NCBI GenBank assembly: GCA_041486305.1 | Contig: JBGPLG010000013.1 | Coordinates: forward strand, 153 to 64,152 | Direction of reading: 5' to 3' | From: Gemmatimonadota bacterium | GTDB taxonomy: Bacteria > Gemmatimonadota > Gemmatimonadetes > Gemmatimonadales > GWC2-71-9 | DNA: 64,000 nt | Part shown: piece by piece, positions 1 to 9,856 of the stretch | How positions within the stretch are numbered: position 1 is the first letter of the stretch | Layout: each line of letters starts with the position of its first letter | Notes under the pieces: generated by a model | Told to the model about the DNA's origin: nothing | What the model saw: only the letters and a program-made list of their open reading frames with translations | Database searches by the model: none | Program-made: the position numbers and the translations under genes

Positions 1-2
1 CC

Positions 3-455
3 GACGTGAGCTGGAACTTCCGGGTCAAGCCGAAGATCCGGCCCTTCACCCCGCGCAAGCCGGACGCGCCGGACGGTACCTGGCGAATGCAGCAGGAAGA
101 CGTGGACCGGGTACAGGAATTCCGGAAGTGCATCGAGTGCTTCCTCTGCCAGGACGTCTGCCACGTCCTCCGGGATCACCACCTGCACGAAGAGTTCATC
201 GGGCCCCGGTTCCTGGTGCACGCGGCCAGCCTCGAGATGCACCCGCTCGATACCCTGGACCGTACCGACGAGCTCCGCAGGGCCCACGGGATCGGCTACT
301 GCAACATCACCAAGTGCTGCACCACGGTCTGCCCCGAGAGCATCCACATCACCGATAACGCGATCATCCCGCTCAAGGAGCGGGTGGTCGATCGCGCCTT
401 CGACCCGCTGGTCAAGCTGCTCGGCCTGTTCAAGGGCAAGCCAACCGAAGCCTGA
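3..455 (+). CDS. sdhB: Succinate dehydrogenase/fumarate reductase iron-sulfur subunit, C-terminal part (5' end lies before the window)
   Basis: CIECFLCQDVC and CNITKCCTTVCP Fe-S motifs plus FIGPR; the frame is open from the window edge. Confidence 0.9.
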   Translation, partial: DVSWNFRVKPKIRPFTPRKPDAPDGTWRMQQEDVDRVQEFRKCIECFLCQDVCHVLRDHHLHEEFIGPRFLVHAASLEMHPLDTLDRTDELRRAHGIGYCNITKCCTTVCPESIHITDNAIIPLKERVVDRAFDPLVKLLGLFKGKPTEA

Positions 456-463
456 GGTTCCCT

Positions 464-2026
464 ATGCGCTTGCGCCCCCTCGCGGCAATCACCTTGTCGC
501 TGCTCGTGGTTTTCCTCCCTCCTCCCGCCTCCCTGCTCCGTGCGCAGAGCCTGAACGCGCGCGTAGCTGCGGTGATGGCCCGGCCCGAGTTCGGCCACGC
601 ATTCTTCGGCGTCGAGTTCTACGATCTCGACGCGAAGAAACCGGTCTACCGTCTGAACGGAGACAAGTTCTTCACCCCGGCGTCGACCACCAAGCTGCTC
701 TCGGTGGGCACGGCGCTCGAGCTGCTCGGCCCCGACTACCGTTTCCATACCCGGGTCTATCGCACCGGGCCGATTGGGGACGATGGAACCCTCGCGGGAG
801 ACCTGGTGCTGGTCGCAAGCGGAGATCCCAACCTCTCGGGCCGAGCCCGGAACAACGGCACCCTGGCCTTCAAGGACGAAGATCACTCCTACGCCGGCGA
901 GGCGGTGGAGGGCGATCCGCTGGCCGTGATCCGCGAGCTGGCCGGCCAGGTGGCCGCCAAGGGCGTCAAGCGAGTGAGCGGCCGGGTCTTGGTTGACGCC
1001 TCGCTGTTCCAGGGCGGCGACCGCGAGGGCGGTACCGGCGTGGTGATCTCGCCGATCGCGGTCAACGACAACGTGATCGACCTCCTGGTGACGCCGGGGA
1101 GCAAGCCCGGGGACCCCGCCACCGTTTCCGTCTCGCCGGCCACCGCCTACCTGCGGCTCACCGCGCGTGCCACCACCATTCCGAAGGACTCGGCCGGCTC
1201 CGGCGATTTCACCAGCGACGTAACCAACCCCGACGGCAGCCACACCGTCACGGCGGTGGGCACCATCGAGGCCGGGGCCGGGACCCGGGTGGTGCCCTAC
1301 GCGGTGCCCGACCCGGTGCGCTTTGCCGAATTCGTGTTCACCGAGGCCCTGCACGAGCGCGGCATCGTGGCGGCCCCGCGGCAGGCTGGCGAGATCGTGG
1401 ATTTCAGCGCCCTCTCGGCCGCCTACACCGGCCAATCGGTAGTCGCCGAGCACGTCTCGCTTCCGCTCAGCGAAGCGGCCCGGGTCACCCTCAAGGTGAG
1501 CCAGAATCTCCACGCCAGCATGATGCCGCGGATCGTCGGCGCGGTGATCGGCAAGAAGGCCGCGCCCCAGGCCGGGTTCGATCTGGAGCGCGAGTGGCTG
1601 ATGAAGGCGGGGCTCGACGTGAACAGCGCCTCCCAGGGCGACGGCGCCGGGGCCAACGCGCACTACACCCCCGACTTCATCGTGGCGTACCTGGCCTACA
1701 TGGCGCAGCAGAAGAGCTATCCGGCGTTCTTCGCGGCGCTGCCGGTGCTCGGCAAGGACGGCACCCTGGCGAAGATCCAGGTCGACTCGAAGGCCGCGGG
1801 CCTGGTCCACGGGAAGACCGGCACCTTCGGCGAGGACGACCTGCTCAACCGGGGTCAGATGGTCACCGCCAAGGGACTGGCCGGGTATTTCACCCGGCTG
1901 GACGGCCACCACTTTGCCTTTGCCGTCTATGTCAACAACGTGTTCGTGAAGCGCGGGGCCGACGTGGGGAAGATCGTGGGGCAGGCGGTGGGGGAGATCG
2001 CCGCCGCGGGGTATCTGGCGAAGTAG
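464..2026 (+). CDS. dacB: D-alanyl-D-alanine carboxypeptidase/endopeptidase (PBP4, peptidase S13)
   Basis: Signal peptide; F(T)PASTTK (SxxK), SQN (SxN) and GKTG motifs; LVLVASGDPNL typical of S13. Confidence 0.9.
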   Translation: MRLRPLAAITLSLLVVFLPPPASLLRAQSLNARVAAVMARPEFGHAFFGVEFYDLDAKKPVYRLNGDKFFTPASTTKLLSVGTALELLGPDYRFHTRVYRTGPIGDDGTLAGDLVLVASGDPNLSGRARNNGTLAFKDEDHSYAGEAVEGDPLAVIRELAGQVAAKGVKRVSGRVLVDASLFQGGDREGGTGVVISPIAVNDNVIDLLVTPGSKPGDPATVSVSPATAYLRLTARATTIPKDSAGSGDFTSDVTNPDGSHTVTAVGTIEAGAGTRVVPYAVPDPVRFAEFVFTEALHERGIVAAPRQAGEIVDFSALSAAYTGQSVVAEHVSLPLSEAARVTLKVSQNLHASMMPRIVGAVIGKKAAPQAGFDLEREWLMKAGLDVNSASQGDGAGANAHYTPDFIVAYLAYMAQQKSYPAFFAALPVLGKDGTLAKIQVDSKAAGLVHGKTGTFGEDDLLNRGQMVTAKGLAGYFTRLDGHHFAFAVYVNNVFVKRGADVGKIVGQAVGEIAAAGYLAK

Positions 2027-2030
2027 TCGA

Positions 2031-2066
2031 GAGGAGGGAGGAGTTCCTCCTCGCTCCTCCCTCCTC
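2031..2066. terminator. 13-bp-stem hairpin between convergent genes, built from GAGGAGG/CTCCTCC heptamer-like units
   Basis: GAGGAGGGAGGAG (2031-2043) is the exact reverse complement of CTCCTCCCTCCTC (2054-2066). Confidence 0.55.
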
Positions 2067-2067
2067 C

Positions 2068-3312
2068 CTACTTTTTCTCTTCTTCTCCGATGCCGGACTT
2101 CGAAATGAGTTGGGCCGCCAGCACCGTCTGAATCACCGACACGATGTTGTTCGTCGCCGAGTTGGCGGCGCCGCCCCCCTCGTTCCCGGAAATCGTGACC
2201 AGCCGCGCCTTGGCCAGCGCATCCGCGATCACCGGCGCGATGTCGGGGATCATCTCGATCTGGCGGTACTTGAAGTAGTTCTCTCCCCCTTCGCGAATCG
2301 CCTCGTTCACCTTCCGGATGCTCTGCGCCGTCGCATCGGCGACGGTGGTGATCCGGATTGCCTCCGCGTCAGCCCGGGCACTGGCCTCGATCCGGACCCG
2401 TTCCGCGTCCGCCCGAGCCTGCGCGATCTGGGTCGCGTCCAGCTCCGCGATCCGCTGCAGGCCCACCGCCTCCTGCCGCTTGGCCTCCGCCTGGGCCACC
2501 AGCGCCGCGTTCGACGCCTTGGTCTGCTCCAGCTCGCGGTTGGCGTCCGAGATCGCCCGCTCCGCGGCGAGCTGCGCCTCCTTGGCTCGGCGTCCCTGCT
2601 GCGCCGTGGCGATGTCGGCATTGGCCTGGGCCTCCGCCGCCGACTGACGCCGCCGAGCCTCCGCGACTTCCGACTGCACCACCTTGATGTTGAGCGAGTT
2701 GAACACCAGGCCCAGGTCGGTCAGTTCGCGGGAGCACGCCTTCCGGATGATGATGGCCAGCGGATCGTCTTCCTCGCTCTCGGCGATCGACAGCTCGGTG
2801 CCCTCGCTGGTCATTGTGGCGGGCAGCGTCACCTTGACCCGCGGTGCCGTCTTGGCGGAGAAGAGCTGGTCCTGGGTCAGCAGGTTGATGGCGCGGCGCC
2901 CCGAGCTCGACAGCAGGTCGGTGATGGTGTTGAGCTGGTCGGATTCCGGCTTGGCGAAGTACCGGTTGGCCGCCGTCTTGATCATGGTATCGGTGTCGCC
3001 CACCGACACGATGGCGCTGGCCAGCACCCGGATCTTGATCGGCCGCGGGGTGCCGTTCTCGTCCATGTCCGCGGTCTGGTCGGTGATGTCCAGGTCCACG
3101 TTGATCACCTTGCTGGAGATCGTGGTGCCGGTGGTGAACAGTGGCAGCTCCTTGGACTTGCCGGGGCCCCGGTAGATCACGGTGGAGCCCTGCAGCCAGC
3201 TCACCAGCCGGATGGTGCCCGCCTGGACATCCCGGAGAAACACCGACACGAGGATCGGCGTAAGCAAGACGACGCCTGCCGCGATTCCCCCGATGACCAG
3301 CCACTGACTCAT
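2068..3312 (-). CDS. Flotillin-like SPFH (band 7) membrane protein
   Basis: N-terminal TM helix, SPFH-like region, Ala/Glu-rich coiled coil (AEAQANADIA..., AEADAEAIR), C-terminal flotillin-like tail. Confidence 0.85.
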   Translation of the reverse strand: MSQWLVIGGIAAGVVLLTPILVSVFLRDVQAGTIRLVSWLQGSTVIYRGPGKSKELPLFTTGTTISSKVINVDLDITDQTADMDENGTPRPIKIRVLASAIVSVGDTDTMIKTAANRYFAKPESDQLNTITDLLSSSGRRAINLLTQDQLFSAKTAPRVKVTLPATMTSEGTELSIAESEEDDPLAIIIRKACSRELTDLGLVFNSLNIKVVQSEVAEARRRQSAAEAQANADIATAQQGRRAKEAQLAAERAISDANRELEQTKASNAALVAQAEAKRQEAVGLQRIAELDATQIAQARADAERVRIEASARADAEAIRITTVADATAQSIRKVNEAIREGGENYFKYRQIEMIPDIAPVIADALAKARLVTISGNEGGGAANSATNNIVSVIQTVLAAQLISKSGIGEEEKK

Positions 3313-3950
3313 GGAAGTGCCTCCGGCGGGCCCTGGCCCGCAAACGAGACGGTACAGCGGTTGTGCGCGGCGTCGAAATCCTCGATCCGGAGCAGATCGC
3401 CCCGGCGGATCCGCCGCGCCTGGGACATCTCCTCCGGCGAGAGCGTGCCAAGGAGCTGAACGACCTGCCCGTCGAGCTCGAGCTTGATCAGCCCCTGGCC
3501 CTGGGCGTCAAAATCCATCATGGCCTGGGCCTCCTCCATCACCATGCTCTCGAGCATGGTCGCGGGCCGCGACTCGAACCGGAACAGAAACTTCCAGATC
3601 GGCCCCACGATGAACTTCTCGAAGACCACCCCTCCGCCCAGGGCGGCGGCCAGGAGCAGCGGCTCGAAGAGAAACGGGCGGGCCAGCAGACCGGTCGCAC
3701 CCACACCAACCAGGAAGGTGAACAGGAGTCTCGGGGAGAGAAGGCTGGCGACGCGGGCTGCTCCACTGAACTCGTGCGCGTGCCCGCTGTGCCCGGCGTG
3801 ACCGGCGTGACCGGCGTGCCCGCCATGCCCGGCGTGACCGACGTGGCCCGCATGCCCGTGTCCGCCGGCGCCATGATGCCCGAGACCGAACAAGGCCATG
3901 AACGTCAGGCCGGTGACACCGAGTGCCAGGCAGAATCCGTAGGGGCCCAT
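3309..3950 (-). CDS. NfeD/YqiJ-like membrane protein with a His/Gly-rich insert
   Basis: TM helices, C-terminal OB-fold-like segment (GQGLIKLELDGQVVQLLG...GDLLRIEDFD), 4-nt overlap with the flotillin gene, GHA-type repeats. Confidence 0.7.
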   Translation of the reverse strand: MGPYGFCLALGVTGLTFMALFGLGHHGAGGHGHAGHVGHAGHGGHAGHAGHAGHSGHAHEFSGAARVASLLSPRLLFTFLVGVGATGLLARPFLFEPLLLAAALGGGVVFEKFIVGPIWKFLFRFESRPATMLESMVMEEAQAMMDFDAQGQGLIKLELDGQVVQLLGTLSPEEMSQARRIRRGDLLRIEDFDAAHNRCTVSFAGQGPPEALP

Positions 3951-4007
3951 AGTCGCGGATGAAAGATACTGCGGAGGGGACTCGGCGGGTTCGGGCCGCC
4001 TAAACCT

Positions 4008-5762
4008 TCAGGTGACCGGTGTCGGCGTGCGCAAGCCCGCCTCCACTTCGCGAAAGGCATCGAGCAACCCGTCGATCCGCTGGCCGAGCTGCCGCGCCGC
4101 CTCGAGATCGGACGTGAGATCGTTCGGGCTGCCGGCGCCGACCTTGAGCCGGAGCAGGTCGAGCCGGAGATGCTCCATCGCGGCGAGGGTGGAGGCCAGC
4201 CGCTCGCCGTCCAGGTCCGCGCCGGACCCGCGCAGGCGCGCGGCCTGCGCCTCCAGCCGTTCCAGCACCCGCGGCACCTCGGAGAACCGGTCCTGCATGG
4301 CCCGCGGCATCGCCTCGAACAGCTCGTTGGCCCCGGCGGCGAGCGCCATCTCGGTCGGTTCGTTGCCGACCATACGGCGGCCTTCCTTGCCGCGCGCCCC
4401 GGCCATCCAGAGCAGCTTCTTCTCCAGGACTCTCCACCAGAAACGGGACCACCACCCCTTCCTGCCGGGCCGCATCACCCGCGTAAGCACGCCTCGCACC
4501 AGCACGATCGGGAAGAGGGTGAACGCCGCGAAAAGAAGGCCGTCGAGCAGGGGGCCGCGCTCGCTGCCGGACCACCAGACCAGCTCGGCGACCCAGGCCC
4601 AGAGCAGGAGGCCGGAGACCGCGATCCGCGCGGCCCAGGCGACGGTACGGCGGACGCCGCCGATCTTGACGATCACCTTGACCGGCTCCTCGTCCGCCTC
4701 ATCGGGCGCCTCCTCGGGCCGCAGCAGCGCCGCCCGCACGTCCGCCATGGTGTACCCCTCGCCCAGCAGCTTCCGGCCCCGGGCCATCAGCTGGCTCCCG
4801 CGCAGCGCGAACAGCCCCACCATGACGAACACCGCGTAGACCAGGATGTTCAGGAACAGGACTCCCTGCCAGTTCCTCAAGGCGAGCGACTCCGCGCCCA
4901 GCACTAGCACGATGGCGAGGTAGCTGGACACCTCGAGCCGGAGGGTCTTGAGCGCGTCCACGAACCGCGCCACCTGTTCCGGTACCGCGCTTCGATGGGT
5001 CAGCATCCCGCCCAGTGTCCCGGCCAGAGTCTCGGCGTCGGGGAAGCGATCGTCCGGCGCCGGAGCGGTGCATTTCTCCACGATCGCCAGCAGCCGGGGC
5101 GGCAGGTCGTTGCGGCCCTCGAGGGCGCGCCGCGCGGTTACGCCGAGCGAGTAGACGTCGCTGCGCCGATCCACCGGGCGGCCGGCCTGTTGCTCCGGAC
5201 TCATGTAGCGGACCGTGCCAACCACCTCACCGGAGCCCGTGCGGGCCTCAGCCGTTTCTACTTGGGCGATGCCGAAGTCGCTCACCAGGGCCCGGCCCCC
5301 GGCCCGCTCCAGCAGGATGTTCTCCGGCTTGATGTCCCGGTGGATCACGCCGTGCTGGTGGGCGTAGGCCAGCGCCCAGGCCACCTCCTGGAGCAGGCGA
5401 GTCGCCGGCTCGATGGCCAGCGGCCCTCGCCGCGCGATGCGCTCGGCCAGGGTTTCTCCGTCGATGTAGCCCATCACGAACAGCACGAACTCACCGTGCT
5501 CTTCGACCGAGTGGATCGGGACGATGTTGGGATGGGAGAGCCGCGCGGCGGTCCGGGCCTCCCGGAGGAAGCGCTCCCGAAGCCTCGGCACGGCGGCCAG
5601 CGCCGGGGGCAGCAGCTTGATGGCGACCGGACGATCCAGGCTGAGATCGCGCGCCAGGTACACGATGCCCATCCCGCCGCGCCCCAGCTCCCGCTCCAGC
5701 GCGTAGCGCCCGGCGAGGGCGCCCTGAAGCGCCAGAAAGGTGGGAGACGGAGTCCCGTTCAT
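4008..5762 (-). CDS. Membrane-associated Hanks-type Ser/Thr protein kinase
   Basis: GRGGMG, VAIK, HRDIKPEN, DFG, YMSPEQ; TM segments; start placed at ATG 5762 (MNGTPS), so the ORF-track N-terminal extension is ignored. Confidence 0.9.
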   Translation of the reverse strand: MNGTPSPTFLALQGALAGRYALERELGRGGMGIVYLARDLSLDRPVAIKLLPPALAAVPRLRERFLREARTAARLSHPNIVPIHSVEEHGEFVLFVMGYIDGETLAERIARRGPLAIEPATRLLQEVAWALAYAHQHGVIHRDIKPENILLERAGGRALVSDFGIAQVETAEARTGSGEVVGTVRYMSPEQQAGRPVDRRSDVYSLGVTARRALEGRNDLPPRLLAIVEKCTAPAPDDRFPDAETLAGTLGGMLTHRSAVPEQVARFVDALKTLRLEVSSYLAIVLVLGAESLALRNWQGVLFLNILVYAVFVMVGLFALRGSQLMARGRKLLGEGYTMADVRAALLRPEEAPDEADEEPVKVIVKIGGVRRTVAWAARIAVSGLLLWAWVAELVWWSGSERGPLLDGLLFAAFTLFPIVLVRGVLTRVMRPGRKGWWSRFWWRVLEKKLLWMAGARGKEGRRMVGNEPTEMALAAGANELFEAMPRAMQDRFSEVPRVLERLEAQAARLRGSGADLDGERLASTLAAMEHLRLDLLRLKVGAGSPNDLTSDLEAARQLGQRIDGLLDAFREVEAGLRTPTPVT

Positions 5763-5815
5763 GCTGTAGATTCCCCGGTTGACTTCTAAGTTACGCCGAC
5801 CTGACGGGATCAACC

Positions 5816-6997
5816 ATGCCGCTGTTTCATCGACCCGCGCTTCCGGTGCTGGTGGTCTTGGCCGCCGCCTGCGGCGGTTCGGCAACCACCGCCGCTCCCG
5901 GCTCCGCGACTCCAGTCTCGGCCTATTACCCACCGGCGGGAGATGCCTGGGGCCGCATGCGGCCGGCCCAGGAAGGATTTGATTCGGCCCGCCTCGCCGC
6001 CGCCGTCGCGTTCGCGCAAGCCAGCGAGATCGCCTGGTCGATGGACATGAAGGAGCAGCTCGGCACCAACACCGCCCGGGAGCCCTATCCCGATATCCTC
6101 GGTCCCTTCAAGGATCGCGGCCACCAGAACGGCATCGTCCTCCGGCACGGCTACATCGTCGCCGAATGGGGCGACACCCGCCGGGTGGACATGACCTTCA
6201 GCGTGGCCAAGAGCTATCTGTCGACCGTGGCGGGAGTGGCCTGGGACCGCGGGATGATCGAGGATATCGACCAGCCCGTGGGCAAGACCGTCATCGACGG
6301 CGGGTACGGCTCCGCCCACAACGCGCCGATCACCTGGCGCATGCATCTCAACCAGACCTCCGAGTGGGAGGGCAGCCTCTGGGACAAGCCCGATCGCGCC
6401 GATCGCCGGAACGGCTACGACCGAACCCTCGGCGCGCCCGGCACGGTGTGGGAATACAACGACGTGCGGGTCAATCGCCTCGCCCTCTCGCTGCTCCGGC
6501 TCTGGAAGCGCCCGCTCCGGGAAGTACTCAAGCGGGAAATCATGGATCCCATCGGCGCTTCATCCACCTGGGAATGGCATGGCTACCGCACCTCCATGGT
6601 CCGGCAGGGGCGGCGCCAGATCGAGTCGGTCAGCGGAGGCGGCCACTGGGGCGGCGGCGTCTGGGCCAGCACCCGGGACCACGCCCGCCTCGGCTACCTG
6701 CTGCTGCGCCGCGGCCGCTGGAAGGACCGGCAACTGCTCTCCGACCGCTGGGTCACCCTGGCCACGACCCCGGCTTCGATTCGCCCGGTGTACGGCTTCC
6801 TCTGGTGGCTCAACACCGATCAGAAGCAGTACCCTGCCGCTACGCCGCACTCGTTTTTCGCGCTGGGCGCCGGCGGCAACGTCATCTGGATGGATCCGGA
6901 GCACGACATGGTCGTCGTGGTGCGCTGGATGAGCACCGACAAGATCAACGAATTCATGCGGCTGGTGCTCGCGTCGGTCATCGGGCCGGGCCGATGA
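5816..6997 (+). CDS. Serine hydrolase, beta-lactamase class C/AmpC-like family, likely lipoprotein
   Basis: LAAAC lipobox-like signal; FSVAKS (SxxK); WEYND; HWGGG; YGFLWW. Confidence 0.85.
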   Translation: MPLFHRPALPVLVVLAAACGGSATTAAPGSATPVSAYYPPAGDAWGRMRPAQEGFDSARLAAAVAFAQASEIAWSMDMKEQLGTNTAREPYPDILGPFKDRGHQNGIVLRHGYIVAEWGDTRRVDMTFSVAKSYLSTVAGVAWDRGMIEDIDQPVGKTVIDGGYGSAHNAPITWRMHLNQTSEWEGSLWDKPDRADRRNGYDRTLGAPGTVWEYNDVRVNRLALSLLRLWKRPLREVLKREIMDPIGASSTWEWHGYRTSMVRQGRRQIESVSGGGHWGGGVWASTRDHARLGYLLLRRGRWKDRQLLSDRWVTLATTPASIRPVYGFLWWLNTDQKQYPAATPHSFFALGAGGNVIWMDPEHDMVVVVRWMSTDKINEFMRLVLASVIGPGR

Positions 6998-8064
6998 CCT
7001 TCCTCAACCTGCACGAGGTGGAGCTGCTCGCCCGGGAACGCCTCTCCGCCCAGACCTTCGACTACTACGCCGGCGGCGCCAACGACGAGGTCACCCTCCG
7101 GTCCAACCGGGGCGCGTTCGAGGAGCTGGCCATCCGCTACCGGGTGCTGGTGGACGTGAGCCGGCGGGAGCTCGGCACCACCCTGTTCGGTCGGGCGGTG
7201 ACCGCGCCCGTGGTGGTGGCCCCCATGGCTTTCCAGCGGCTCGCTCACGCCGACGGCGAGGCGGCCACCGCGCGCGCGGCCGCTTCGCTGGGGATTCCGA
7301 TGACGGTGAGCACCTTCGCGACCCAGTCGCTCGAGGAGGTGCGCGCCGCCACCAAGGGCCCGCTCTGGTTCCAGCTCTACGTGCACCGGGATCGGGGCAT
7401 CACCCGGGACCTGGTCGCCCGGGTCGCCGCCGCCGGCTTCGACGCCCTGGTGCTCACGGTAGACGTTCCCGAGATCGGCCGGCGCGAGCGGGACGAGCGG
7501 AACGAGTTCCGGCTCTCACCGGAGCTCAGGGTCGCCAACTTCACCCCCACGGCCAGCGCGCCGCTCCAGGGCGAGGCGGACGGCTCCGGGCTGACCAGCT
7601 TCATCAACGGGATGCGGGACGCCACGCTCCACTGGAAGGATCTCGAGTGGCTGAGCGAGCTGGCCCGCATGCCGCTGGTGGTGAAGGGGCTGGTGCGCGG
7701 GGACGACGCCCGCCGCGCCGTAGATCACGGCGCCGCGGGCCTGGTGGTGAGCAACCACGGCGGCCGCCAGCTCGACACCGCCATCGCGAGCCTGCGGGCG
7801 CTGCCCGAGGTGGTTGCCGCGGTGGGCAATCGCACCGTGGTGATGATGGACGGCGGCATCCGGCGCGGCACCGACATCCTCAAGGCCCTCGCGCTCGGCG
7901 CCCGCGCCGTGATGGTGGGCCGGCCGGTCCTCTGGGGCCTCGCGGTGGACGGTGAGGCCGGCGCGCGCCGGGTGCTCGAGCTTCTGATCGCGGAGCTGGA
8001 TCTCGCGATGGCCCTCGCGGGCGCTCCCCGCCTCGCGGACATCACCCGGGATCTCCTCGCGTGA
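6994..8064 (+). CDS. FMN-dependent alpha-hydroxy acid oxidase/dehydrogenase (lactate/glycolate oxidase family)
   Basis: [51 protein letters not shown]; ATG 6994 overlaps the upstream stop. Confidence 0.92.
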   Translation: MTFLNLHEVELLARERLSAQTFDYYAGGANDEVTLRSNRGAFEELAIRYRVLVDVSRRELGTTLFGRAVTAPVVVAPMAFQRLAHADGEAATARAAASLGIPMTVSTFATQSLEEVRAATKGPLWFQLYVHRDRGITRDLVARVAAAGFDALVLTVDVPEIGRRERDERNEFRLSPELRVANFTPTASAPLQGEADGSGLTSFINGMRDATLHWKDLEWLSELARMPLVVKGLVRGDDARRAVDHGAAGLVVSNHGGRQLDTAIASLRALPEVVAAVGNRTVVMMDGGIRRGTDILKALALGARAVMVGRPVLWGLAVDGEAGARRVLELLIAELDLAMALAGAPRLADITRDLLA

Positions 8065-9761
8065 GCTGGGCCCAGCGCTACGATCCGCTGGGCTCGCCGG
8101 TATGGTCCACCGTGGTCGCCGCGCTGCCCATCGTGGCGCTGCTCGGCTCGCTCGCCTGGCTCCGCTTGCGGGCCCCGGTCGCGGCCCTGATCGGACTGGC
8201 CACCGCGGTCGCCGTGGCCATCCTGGTCATCGGCATGCCGGCCCGCATGGCGCTGGCCGGCGCCGCCCTGGGCGCCGCCTACGGCCTGCTCCCGATCGGA
8301 TGGATCGTTCTCAACGTCGTCTTTCTCTATCAGATCGTGGAGCGCCGCGGGCTGCTGGACGCGCTCCGCCGCGGCGTGTCCGGTGTCACCGACGATCGCC
8401 GGCTGCAACTGCTGCTGGTGGCCTTTTGCTTCGGCGCGTTCATGGAGGGGGCGGCCGGGTTCGGTACGCCGGTGGCCGTCACCGGCGGAATCCTGATCGC
8501 CCTCGGCTTCAAGCCGCTCGAAGCCTCGGGGCTCTCGCTCATCGCGAACACCGCGCCGGTGGCGTTCGGCGCCCTGGGCACCCCGATCATCGCGCTGCAG
8601 GGCGTCACCGGGCTCGATCTCCGTGCCCTCTCGGCGCAGGTGGGCCACCAGCTCCCGGTATTCTCGGTGATCGTTCCCTTCTGGCTGATGTGGGCCTACG
8701 CCGGATGGGGCGGCATGCTGGAGGTCTGGCCGGCCGCGCTGGTGGCGGGTGTGGCCTTCGCCGTGCCGCAGTTCCTGGTGGCGACCTTGCACGGGCCCTG
8801 GCTGGTCGACATCGTGGCCGCGGCCTGCTCGATGGCCTGTCTCGTCGCGTTCCTGAAGCTCTGGAAGCCGGCCCCCGCTCCGGCGCACCGGGCGATGACC
8901 CTTGCGGGCACGGATCATTCCGAGCCGGGTCCGAACGCCACTCGGACCCAGGCGGGAGTTCCCAATCTCAGTCATCGCGATGCGGCGGCTCCAAATGTCA
9001 GTCATCGCGAGGCGGCGGAGCCGCCGAAGCGATCCCTCGCCTGGGCGCCATGGATCATCCTCACCATCCTCGTCTTCGCGTGGGGCACGCCACAGGTCAA
9101 GGCCGCGCTCAATGGCCTCTCGGCTCCCAAGGTCCAGGTGGTGGGGCTGCACAACCAGGTGGAGCGCGCGCCCCCGGTCGTGGCGGCGCTCACTCCCGAG
9201 CCGGCCGTCTTGACGCTCAACTGGTTGTCGGCCACCGGCACCGCGATCCTGCTCACCGCGCTGGTGACCGCGCTGTTGCTGCGCTACGGGATCCGGGAGC
9301 TCGCGATGACGTGGTGGTCCGCGTTCCGCCGGGCCCGCGCGTCGCTGGTCACCATCTCGCTGATGCTGGCGCTGGGGTACCTAACCCGCTACAGCGGCGA
9401 GGACGCCATCCTGGGGCTGGCCTTCGCCCACACCGGGCTTCTCTATCCCTTCTTCGGCACCATGCTGGGATGGCTGGGCGTGGCGCTGACCGGGTCGGAT
9501 ACCTCGTCCAATGTGTTGTTCGGAAGCCTGCAGACCATCACGGCGCGGCAGCTTGGCCTCGACCCGGTGCTCATGGCCGCGGCCAATTCCTCCGGCGGCG
9601 TGATGGGAAAAATGATCGACGCGCAGAGCATCGTCGTGGCCGGCACGGTAACCCATTACGAGGGGCAGGAAGGAACCATCCTCCGCTACGTGTTCTTCCA
9701 CAGCGTGGCCCTGGCCTCCCTGGTGGGACTCTGGGTCATGATCCAAGCCTATCTGATCTGA
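8061..9761 (+). CDS. lctP: L-lactate permease
   Basis: [52 protein letters not shown]; adjacent to the hydroxy-acid oxidase. Confidence 0.92.
   Translation: MSWAQRYDPLGSPVWSTVVAALPIVALLGSLAWLRLRAPVAALIGLATAVAVAILVIGMPARMALAGAALGAAYGLLPIGWIVLNVVFLYQIVERRGLLDALRRGVSGVTDDRRLQLLLVAFCFGAFMEGAAGFGTPVAVTGGILIALGFKPLEASGLSLIANTAPVAFGALGTPIIALQGVTGLDLRALSAQVGHQLPVFSVIVPFWLMWAYAGWGGMLEVWPAALVAGVAFAVPQFLVATLHGPWLVDIVAAACSMACLVAFLKLWKPAPAPAHRAMTLAGTDHSEPGPNATRTQAGVPNLSHRDAAAPNVSHREAAEPPKRSLAWAPWIILTILVFAWGTPQVKAALNGLSAPKVQVVGLHNQVERAPPVVAALTPEPAVLTLNWLSATGTAILLTALVTALLLRYGIRELAMTWWSAFRRARASLVTISLMLALGYLTRYSGEDAILGLAFAHTGLLYPFFGTMLGWLGVALTGSDTSSNVLFGSLQTITARQLGLDPVLMAAANSSGGVMGKMIDAQSIVVAGTVTHYEGQEGTILRYVFFHSVALASLVGLWVMIQAYLI
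8961..9036 (+). repeat. Intragenic 30-bp tandem duplication ending in a REP-like hairpin
   Basis: 8961-8990 and 8991-9020 match at 25/30; stems ATCGC/GCGAT (9004-08/9029-33) and GGCGGC/GCCGCC (9011-16/9020-25). Confidence 0.7.
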
Positions 9762-9800
9762 GGCACTCATTGCGCCATCGCGCCTTGCGCCTTAGTCTCC

Positions 9801-9856
9801 TAGCCTCTTAGCCTCTTAGCCTCTTAGCCTCTTAGCCTCTTAGCCTCTTAGCCTCT
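9801..9856 (+). repeat. Perfect tandem repeat (TAGCCTCT)x7, intergenic
   Basis: Read directly; preceded by degenerate GCGCC(A/T)T heptamer-like units; the last base is the first T of the next TTG start. Confidence 0.97.

Noticed and set aside
5763-5933. N-terminal extensions given by the ORF track (also for lctO-like, PfpI, both 896-aa permeases and others)
   Set aside because: They overlap neighbouring genes; downstream starts fit the family N-termini and the stop/start overlaps better
9801-9856. Repeat arrays as a possible CRISPR
   Set aside because: The units are 7-8 bp, contiguous and have no spacers; no cas genes are present
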